The notes under the pieces are model-generated. The model was not told where the DNA came from. It saw only the letters and a program-made list of their open reading frames with translations, and made no database searches. The position numbers and the translations under genes were made by a program. DNA of 32,000 nucleotides. Source: Desulfotalea psychrophila LSv54. GTDB taxonomy: Bacteria > Desulfobacterota > Desulfobulbia > Desulfobulbales > Desulfocapsaceae. Where the stretch lies: positions 2,100,001 to 2,132,000 of the forward strand of contig NC_006138.1 in NCBI RefSeq assembly GCF_000025945.1. Reading direction: 5' to 3'. Below are positions 25,544-32,000 of this stretch, piece after piece (the first letter of the stretch is position 1; each line of letters starts with the position of its first letter).

Positions 25544-28045
25544 ATGAAGAAAACATCTCAAAAACCAGTTTGTAAAACGTCTCTGTTCTTTTGGGCCTTC
25601 CATGGCAATCTTAAACTGCAGATATGCTTGTTTTTTATAGTTGTTTTGATTGTCGGGGCTCGGGTCCTGCCCCTAGAGATGCAAAAAAGGGTAATTAATG
25701 ACGCTATTGCCCTGCAAAATGTCGAAAAATTATTTCTTTACTGTGGGATATACCTGCTTTCGATTACCCTGGCAGGAGCATTGAAAATAGCAATTAATTA
25801 TATCCAGTCGATTATCGGCGAGCGGGTAATGTTTGCTATGCGCCAACAACTTTATGAGCATATTCTCACCCTGCCACTGAGCTTTTTTCGCAAAACCCAA
25901 CCGGGAATGGTTGTTTCTGCCCTGATGTCTGAACTCAGTGCTGCAGGCACCTTTGCCGGCATGGCCTTTGCCTCTCCCCTGACTAATATATTGTCACTTC
26001 TCGCCTTTGCCATTTATCTGATGTGGCTCCATACCTCCCTTGCCCTCCTTACCCTTGTTATTTATCCTGCAGTGTCTTTTATTCTTCCCTTTCTTCAGAG
26101 AAAGGCTAATAGGGCGAATAAGTCTCGGGTTGATATTACTCGAAGCGCATCAAACCAAATAGCAGAATCAGTTTCAGGAATTGCAGAAATACAGGTCCAT
26201 GCTGCCTATCAGCAAGAGGATAAGAAATTTCGTTACTATAATGAAAAGCTGAAAAAAGTCCGAATTCGTTGGTCATTGTTAAAGTTTGGCATCAAGACAA
26301 CCAATAACTATTTTGTTAGTCTTGGCCCATTTTTAGTCCTTCTTTACGGTGGTTATCTTATTATGCATGGCCAGTTAGGACTTGGTGCCATGGTAGCCTT
26401 TCTCTCAGCTCAGGAAAAGCTCTATGATCCCTGGAAGGAGCTTATTGATTTTTATCAGGTCTATCAGGATGCCTCGATACGCTACAAACGTACCATGGAG
26501 TATTTTGATCATCAGCCCGAGTTTCTTCTTGAGGCCCCACCCGTAGAATCGATTGACGACAGGGCCTCTGTTGAGGTTACAGGCCTCTCCTTTCAAACCG
26601 AAGAGGGGAAATATCTTCTAAGAGATGTATCTTTTAGGTTAAAGCCGGGTGAGCATATGGCCTTGGTCGGTTTTTCTGGTAGTGGGAAGAGTACATTAAT
26701 TCAGTGTATTGCCAAAATGTATCAGTACAGTAAGGGCACCATAATGCTTGGTGGCAAAAATCTTGCCGATATTTCCAAGAATAGCCTGGTGGAGAAGATG
26801 GGCTATATTTCCCAGCGTCCTTTTATCTTTACCGGTTCTGTTAAAGATAATCTCCTCTATGCTGATCTTGCGGTGAGAGAAGTTGCCGGTGATGAGCAAT
26901 TGGCTGAGCCTGAGCTTGACCGGATGATTCTTGCCCTTCAGCAAGCAGGCCTCTATGCCGATGTTATGCGTTTTGGCCTTGATACCATCGTTGGCTCTGA
27001 TCAGATTGATATTATCAATGCAGTTATTAATATTCGGCCAAATTTTCGTAAAACATTTGCCGTTCAATTGGAACCTTATGTCGAATTTTATAAGAGCACA
27101 GATTATCTCTATCACTCCTCCCTTATTGGAAACATTATTTTTGGGGTGGCAGTGCCTAATGGTCTGGGAGTTGAACAGCTAAGTAAGCATAAGGACTTTA
27201 CCACCTTTCTTAAACAGACAGGTCTTCTTGAGCCACTTGAATCTCTTGGTGAAAGAATAATTAGTGAAACCCTTGCCCTTATTGGAGATCTGGAGGATCC
27301 CGATCTTCTTGCTGAAAAAAGCCCTATTCCCACAGAGTCTCTTGAGCGGACAAGAAAAATTCTTGCCCGTAGTAAGGACAAGAAAATTACTGAAACGGAT
27401 AAAAACTTTTTGTTAACAATCGCTCTGGAGTTTACCCCTGCTATTCATACCATGGTAGGTCTGCCTATGGCGCTCCGGGAGAGTATTCTGGAGGGGCGGA
27501 AAAAATTCCCTGCCTGGGCGGAGGAATTTTTCCCGGGAGAATTTAAATTTTATAATAAGGATAGTTATATTCATAACCAGTCCTTACTTAATAATATTTT
27601 TATGGGCAAGGCTAAGCAGGGTATGCCCCATGCTCAGGAGAAGATAAATAAGGCGATTATTCAACTCCTTATTGAAGAGGATGTCCTGGAATATGTGGTA
27701 TACTTGGGGATGCAATTCCAGGTAGGTAGCGTCGGAGACAGACTTTCTGGAGGACAAAAACAAAAACTGGCCATAGCCCGGGTACTTCTGAAGAACTCAT
27801 CTCTTGTTATTATGGATGAGGCTACATCGGCGCTGGATAATGCTTCACAGGCGCGCATTCAACGTCTTATCGATACTAGGTGGCGTGATAAACGAACCGT
27901 TATTGCAGTTATGCATCGTCTGGATGGTATTGATTCATTTGATAAAATTGGGGTAATGAAGGCTGGACGGTTATTAGAAGTGGGAAGTTACCAAGAACTT
28001 ATTGATAAAAAAGGTGTATTTCATGAACTCTTATTCGGAAGATAA
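25544..28045 (+). CDS. ABC exporter (type-I TMD + NBD half-transporter) with a ~250-aa insertion inside the ATPase domain
   Basis: It has a 6-TM ABC_membrane region, Walker A 'GFSGSGKST' (26669-26695), Q-loop Gln (26813-26815), signature 'LSGGQ' (27743-27757), Walker B 'LVIMDE' (27803-27820) and H-loop 'VMHR'. The ATG lies 1 nt after the phosphatase stop. Confidence 0.85.
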   Translation: MKKTSQKPVCKTSLFFWAFHGNLKLQICLFFIVVLIVGARVLPLEMQKRVINDAIALQNVEKLFLYCGIYLLSITLAGALKIAINYIQSIIGERVMFAMRQQLYEHILTLPLSFFRKTQPGMVVSALMSELSAAGTFAGMAFASPLTNILSLLAFAIYLMWLHTSLALLTLVIYPAVSFILPFLQRKANRANKSRVDITRSASNQIAESVSGIAEIQVHAAYQQEDKKFRYYNEKLKKVRIRWSLLKFGIKTTNNYFVSLGPFLVLLYGGYLIMHGQLGLGAMVAFLSAQEKLYDPWKELIDFYQVYQDASIRYKRTMEYFDHQPEFLLEAPPVESIDDRASVEVTGLSFQTEEGKYLLRDVSFRLKPGEHMALVGFSGSGKSTLIQCIAKMYQYSKGTIMLGGKNLADISKNSLVEKMGYISQRPFIFTGSVKDNLLYADLAVREVAGDEQLAEPELDRMILALQQAGLYADVMRFGLDTIVGSDQIDIINAVINIRPNFRKTFAVQLEPYVEFYKSTDYLYHSSLIGNIIFGVAVPNGLGVEQLSKHKDFTTFLKQTGLLEPLESLGERIISETLALIGDLEDPDLLAEKSPIPTESLERTRKILARSKDKKITETDKNFLLTIALEFTPAIHTMVGLPMALRESILEGRKKFPAWAEEFFPGEFKFYNKDSYIHNQSLLNNIFMGKAKQGMPHAQEKINKAIIQLLIEEDVLEYVVYLGMQFQVGSVGDRLSGGQKQKLAIARVLLKNSSLVIMDEATSALDNASQARIQRLIDTRWRDKRTVIAVMHRLDGIDSFDKIGVMKAGRLLEVGSYQELIDKKGVFHELLFGR

Positions 28046-28532
28046 TTATCAATCTTGCCAGATGAAGAAAAATTTGGCTGTTTTGCAAGAGGTTGATTTT
28101 TTTTCGCAGGTGCCCCCGCAGGCCCTGAAAATTATCGCCTTTCTTTGCAGGAGAATGTTTCTTGACGTAGGAGAGATTGTCTTTGCCAAGGGGGATGATC
28201 CGGCCAGGTGCTTCTACATTGTTTCTGGAGAGTTCGAGCTTATCTGTACAGCTGACTCAGGAGGAGAATCACATATTGCCAAGCAGGGAGATCTGGTGGG
28301 TTCTCTTTCACTTCTTGCCCGGCATTCATCTCCTTTTACTATGACTGCCAGCAAGGAGAGTGATGTCTTGGTAATAGACAGAGCTACCTTTGAGAAGGTG
28401 GTGGTGCAATTCCCTGAACTATATAAAATAACGGCAGAAAATATTGCAAAACGGATTTATCGTTGGGATGCCCTACAGTGTGAAAAAAGATGTTCTGACA
28501 AATCTCCTCGGGGCGGGGTGAGTTTCCTCTAA
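28023..28532 (+). CDS. Stand-alone cyclic-nucleotide-binding-like (CAP effector-domain) protein
   Basis: The cNMP-domain beta-barrel pattern is present (LQEVDFFSQVPPQALKIIAFLCRRMFLDVGEIVFAKGDDPARCFYIVSGEFEL...GDLVGSLSLL...ASKESDVLVIDRATFEKVV). There is no HTH. ATG 28023 has an AAGGTG RBS and overlaps the ABC stop by 23 nt. TTG 28002 and ATG 28062 are alternative starts. Confidence 0.75.
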   Translation: MNSYSEDNYQSCQMKKNLAVLQEVDFFSQVPPQALKIIAFLCRRMFLDVGEIVFAKGDDPARCFYIVSGEFELICTADSGGESHIAKQGDLVGSLSLLARHSSPFTMTASKESDVLVIDRATFEKVVVQFPELYKITAENIAKRIYRWDALQCEKRCSDKSPRGGVSFL

Positions 28533-28544
28533 GAGGCTATAGCA

Positions 28545-28949
28545 ATGGAATTTATTTGGGCACGTCAAAATACGCAGGAAAATTTACAGGATCTGCGCGA
28601 AGATATTGAGAGTCTGGGCAAGAGGTGGCAGTTAGATAAAAAAACCATGTTTAATCTGCAACTTATAGTGGATGAATTTGTCACTAATCTTGTCAGCCAT
28701 TGCAACTGTGGTATTGGTATTCATCTCACTATAACCAAGGAGGAAGAGAATCTCCTCATCACCATAAAAGATAACTGTAGTCCTTTTAACCCTCTTGCTG
28801 TTGCTCTGCCTAATCTATGTGCGCCTCTCTGTGATAGAGAAGCAGGGGGGCTAGGTATTTTCCTAATTCGTAAAAAGAGTAGATACATTAATTATAGAAG
28901 AACAGATTCAGAAAATATTACTACGATAACCTTGGCGATAGAGAAATAG
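28545..28949 (+). CDS. RsbW/SpoIIAB-like anti-sigma-type serine kinase (HATPase_c_2)
   Basis: 134-aa ORF with the N-box 'IVDEFVTNLVSH', a G1-like 'IKDNCSPFNPL' and a G2 'EAGGLGIFLIRK'. An AAGAGG RBS is present. Confidence 0.8.
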   Translation: MEFIWARQNTQENLQDLREDIESLGKRWQLDKKTMFNLQLIVDEFVTNLVSHCNCGIGIHLTITKEEENLLITIKDNCSPFNPLAVALPNLCAPLCDREAGGLGIFLIRKKSRYINYRRTDSENITTITLAIEK

Positions 28950-28979
28950 TAGTTTAGCAAAAAAACAAATGGGTTCTGT

Positions 28980-29315
28980 ATGGAAATTACAATTAGTAAA
29001 GATAATAATATACTGGTCACTAACCTGTCCGGTAAACTCAACTCAACAACGGTGACCAAACTCGAGGAGTCCCTGCGACAGCATACTTCGCCGCCATTGA
29101 GTCACCTTGTCCTTAACTGTCAGGACCTTGAGTATATATCAAGTGCTGGTCTCCGCATTGTTCTGTCTCTTACTAAAACATTTGCAAAAACTGACTGGCA
29201 TTTTACCATCTGCTGTTTGCAGGAGCATGTCCTTGAAGTTTTTGAAATGTCAGGATTTGATAGTCTGGTAACGATAAAGACGAGCCAGGAGGAGGCTAAG
29301 GAAAAGCTCAGTTAA
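28980..29315 (+). CDS. STAS-domain anti-sigma-factor antagonist (RsbV/SpoIIAA-like)
   Basis: 111-aa ORF. It has the 'LSGKLNSTTVTKLEESL' N-terminus and a conserved phospho-acceptor context 'DLEYISSAGLRIVLSL' (Ser54 at 29139-29141), plus 'VFEMSGFDSLVTI'. Confidence 0.85.
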   Translation: MEITISKDNNILVTNLSGKLNSTTVTKLEESLRQHTSPPLSHLVLNCQDLEYISSAGLRIVLSLTKTFAKTDWHFTICCLQEHVLEVFEMSGFDSLVTIKTSQEEAKEKLS

Positions 29316-29556
29316 GGATGGTACTTCTTGACAGAGCAGTCCAGAATATTGAGTGCTTTTTTCAGGTATCCAAGCGTGATAGTGTAGTTATTCGTCAATC
29401 GGCTTATTATAATGTGGAATAACTGGTATCCTGAAGCTTTTCACAAAAAATGAAAAACGCATAAAGCTTAAGTTTCCAAGGTCGCACAGGATCCGATTAA
29501 GTTGAGTGATGTGAAGGAACTTGAGAGAATTCATCAGAGATGAATTTAAAACTGCT

Positions 29557-29796
29557 ATGCTAATTGTTAAATGTGCTGCCTGTAAGAAGAAGTTATGGTC
29601 TTATGAAAAAATAGGGCAGGGCGAGGTGTTGCGTTGCCATAAAGAGCGGATACAGAAGTTCTTTTACCAAGCTGAGCCGGGGAAGGCAGAGCATAAAATT
29701 TACTGCTCCTGTGGAAAAGAGATCGGGATAGATAGGGGTAAGTTTTTTAAAATGATAGCAAAGGCCTTTACTTATTCTGGAACCAAAAGAAATTAA
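29557..29796 (+). CDS. Small Cys-rich (zinc-ribbon-like) hypothetical protein
   Basis: ORF 29521..29796 (TTG start; first ATG at 29557, MLIVKCAACKKK...). It has CxxC near the N-terminus and CxC ('YCSCG') about 40 aa later. There is no convincing RBS, so coding status is uncertain. Confidence 0.4.
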   Translation: MLIVKCAACKKKLWSYEKIGQGEVLRCHKERIQKFFYQAEPGKAEHKIYCSCGKEIGIDRGKFFKMIAKAFTYSGTKRN

Positions 29797-29825
29797 ATCG
29801 ATTTTTGAAAAATGCTGAGTTTAAG

Positions 29826-29870
29826 CAATAAGTGCAACATTCTTTAAATTTCAGTATGTTGCACTTATTG
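29826..29870. terminator. Perfect 15-bp hairpin between the small ORF and the convergent MCP gene
   Basis: CAATAAGTGCAACAT (29826-29840) / ATGTTGCACTTATTG (29856-29870) with a 15-nt loop. No U-tract is present, so function is inferred from position. Confidence 0.45.
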
Positions 29871-29930
29871 TCTCAATATAGCCTTGTTCAGGCAGCCTGC
29901 CAGCAGACTGATCTATCTAAACAGTATCGT

Positions 29931-31979
29931 TTAAACTTTAAATTGTCCCACTGCTGCTTTGAGGGATTCTGCTATTTCGAAGAGTTCGCCTGCCCGGGTC
30001 TTAACCTGGGTGCTGGCATTGCTCATATCGTTTGCACTGCTGTTTACTCCTGCAATCTCTGCCGAGATACTCTCGGTTACGGTAGAATTGCTTGCCACGT
30101 TTTCACTCACCTCGGTGATGCCGCTTGAGGCCTGGCTGACATTGATGGCAATTTCTTTGGTGGTGACGTTCTGCTCTTCCACTGCGGTGGCAATGGTCGC
30201 AACGATTTGATCGACATCGGCAATAACCTGACGAATTTCATCAATTTCCTTTACGGTTACTCCCGTTGCCTGTTGAATGCCATCGATCTTCTTTTTAATA
30301 TCAAGGGTTGCATTGGCTGTCTGTTTGGCCAGATCCTTAATCTCGTTTGCCACTACGGCAAAGCCCTTACCTGCCTCACCGGCCCGAGCCGCTTCGATGG
30401 TGGCATTAAGGGCCAGCAGGTTTGTCTGCTCGGAAATTTCGGTGATGACCTCCGTCACCCGGGTGATCTCTGCCGCGGCTGTGCCAAGTTCGTTGACACG
30501 TTGCGATGCCTGTTGAGAACGATCAACGGCCTGTTGGCTAATACCCTTTGCCTTACCTGAATTTTCTGCAATTTCGCCTATGGTTGCGTTCATCTCTTCA
30601 GCAGCTGTAGCCACCATGGAAATATTGACCGAGGCCTGTTCCATCGCCGCTGCCACGGAATTTTGGTTGGCGCTCATCTCTTCAGCTGACTGAGCCACCT
30701 GGGTTGATCTGCTGGCGGTATCTAAAACTCCTTTTGCCATATCATCGGAGATGGCGACAAGCTCAGTAGAAGAGTCGTCTAGGACGTTCACCCGTTGATT
30801 AATGTCCCCTATGACTCCCCGTAGGCTGGTTGACATCTCGTTAAGCGAAACTGCCAGCAGGCCAATTTCATCCTTTTGATCCACATCCATCCGCTGGGTC
30901 ATATCACCCTCTGCCATCTTTCTTGCCAACTCAACACCTTTAAAAAGAGGGCGGGTGATCAAGAGGGTCAGGATAAGACCCAGTCCCAAGGCCAGGACAA
31001 CGCCCACGACAATGCCAATAATGATGAGTATCTTGCCCTTTTGGGCAATTGCTTCGGCCTCTGTAGCAGCTATCTGGGCACTCGTATCTGCCTTGGCAAC
31101 AATGGTATCAACGGTTGCATAAACACGATTCTGATAGGTCATAGCATCTTCTAACAGAAGGGTGCTCATCTTGTGAAAATTTTTATAGGCTGTGTCAATG
31201 GGTTTGGTCATCTCTGTCAGTACGGCAAAGACTTTTTCGCTCTCTGGATAGACCTTAGTTCCCATGATCTCTTTCGCTTCGGCGGGACGACCTGCCCTGA
31301 TGGCCGCCTTTACCTGAGCCACGCTTCCATGAAACTGGTTATGAATTCTCTTTGCCTTTTCAGCTATGGCAAGAATGTCTGGATTTTGAGTATCCATATT
31401 ATTAAGAAATTTGCCGATATTACAGGCATGAGGATCTCCGCCTCCGACAAAGGATCTTCCGGTTGAAATGAGCCTGGCTAGATCTATCAGGAGGACCTCA
31501 TGCTCTTTTACAGATTTTTCCATGAGTTTTTGCCGTAACATGGGATTGACAATATCAGCTCTGACAAGTTGCTGAGACAGTTCTACCGCCTGATTACTGA
31601 TTTCGCCCCATTTTTTAAGGTTTGTTTTAAAATCCCGCCATTCCGGTTTTACCTCTTCGGCAAATGGCAGCTTTTTAAACTCATTAATAGTTATTCCGTA
31701 ATTAGCCCTTGCCTGGGCAAGATCTGTTATGACTTTTTGCCGTTGCTCAATAGAGGCATATGGGGTGAGCAGAGAACGCAATACTCCACTAATAATAGCC
31801 GCTTCGGCCTTGATTTTCAGAATTTTTTCCATTGCTGGCATGCTGTTATTAGCCAGCTCCTGCTCCTGAACATGCAGGGCCTTCAGCTGCAAGACACCAA
31901 CCATGCCGACAAAAACTACAATCAGGGCAGTGAGGGCAAAGCCTCCACCCAGCTTTACCCCTAGCTTCAAATTTTTCAT
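29931..31979 (-). CDS. Methyl-accepting chemotaxis protein (TM1 - four-helix-bundle-like + CZB-motif sensor region - TM2 - HAMP - MCP signalling domain)
   Basis: It has an AAGGAGAGG RBS. TM helices are at about aa 11-32 and 317-341. The HAMP domain reads ([44 protein letters not shown]). The highly conserved hairpin tip reads '[35 protein letters not shown]'. Confidence 0.92.
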   Translation of the reverse strand: MKNLKLGVKLGGGFALTALIVVFVGMVGVLQLKALHVQEQELANNSMPAMEKILKIKAEAAIISGVLRSLLTPYASIEQRQKVITDLAQARANYGITINEFKKLPFAEEVKPEWRDFKTNLKKWGEISNQAVELSQQLVRADIVNPMLRQKLMEKSVKEHEVLLIDLARLISTGRSFVGGGDPHACNIGKFLNNMDTQNPDILAIAEKAKRIHNQFHGSVAQVKAAIRAGRPAEAKEIMGTKVYPESEKVFAVLTEMTKPIDTAYKNFHKMSTLLLEDAMTYQNRVYATVDTIVAKADTSAQIAATEAEAIAQKGKILIIIGIVVGVVLALGLGLILTLLITRPLFKGVELARKMAEGDMTQRMDVDQKDEIGLLAVSLNEMSTSLRGVIGDINQRVNVLDDSSTELVAISDDMAKGVLDTASRSTQVAQSAEEMSANQNSVAAAMEQASVNISMVATAAEEMNATIGEIAENSGKAKGISQQAVDRSQQASQRVNELGTAAAEITRVTEVITEISEQTNLLALNATIEAARAGEAGKGFAVVANEIKDLAKQTANATLDIKKKIDGIQQATGVTVKEIDEIRQVIADVDQIVATIATAVEEQNVTTKEIAINVSQASSGITEVSENVASNSTVTESISAEIAGVNSSANDMSNASTQVKTRAGELFEIAESLKAAVGQFKV

Positions 31980-32000
31980 TTCCTCTCCTTGCGTGTAACG

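Noticed and set aside
26696-27381. Minus-strand ORFs (139 aa and 89 aa) inside the ABC insertion region, which would suggest the 'insert' is really a separate gene or mis-assembly
   Set aside because: The + frame stays open and in register from Walker A through the LSGGQ, Walker B and H-loop motifs, and the insert shows internal similarity to genuine NBD sequence. The antisense ORFs have no RBS or motifs.
29832-30128. 98-aa + strand ORF starting inside the terminator hairpin and running antisense into the MCP gene, plus ORFs 29959-30210, 30207-30560, 30277-30516, 30876-31154, 31173-31466 and 31569-31964
   Set aside because: All are antisense to the MCP gene, whose conserved signalling hairpin is unmistakable. 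They are shadow ORFs.

Overview
This window reads as ordinary bacterial chromosome with no mobile-element, CRISPR or phage signatures. GC looks mid-40s % by eye. The protein repertoire suggests a Desulfobacterota (Desulfobulbales-like) organism, but that is only an impression.

Gene content, left to right:
- Hsp20 small heat-shock protein.
- A divergent AraC (YqhC-like) / iron-type alcohol dehydrogenase (YqhD-like) pair.
- An NfeD-SPFH (stomatin) pair.
- A lone YqeB-family selenium/molybdenum-hydroxylase accessory gene.
- An initiator tRNA-fMet with a near-consensus sigma70 promoter and a terminator.
- A CspA-family cold-shock gene.
- A rhodanese-DUF2892 (YgaP-like) protein and a hemolysin-III/PAQR protein.
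- glyA.
- A secreted class-A beta-lactamase-fold serine hydrolase with an unusual N-terminal half.
- ridA-mtfA.
- A thioredoxin-type arsC.
- A complete Pho module: phoU-pstC-pstA-pstS-pstB in non-canonical order, divergent from phoB-phoR.
- phnA/yjdM and a 135-aa ParB N-domain-only protein.
- A tightly coupled five-gene operon at 23728-29315.
- A small Cys-rich ORF.
- A methyl-accepting chemotaxis protein (MCP) whose predicted periplasmic region carries a full CZB zinc-binding motif.

The best candidate for an undescribed system is the 23728-29315 operon. It encodes a transmembrane HAMP-PP2C sensor phosphatase, an ABC exporter, a stand-alone cNMP-binding-like protein, an RsbW-like kinase and a STAS antagonist. 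This is a complete partner-switching set with no sigma factor. The ABC exporter's ATPase domain has about 250 extra residues between the Q-loop and the LSGGQ signature, and these look like a triplicated helical subdomain.

All domain calls come from reading motifs by eye. No database search was possible.
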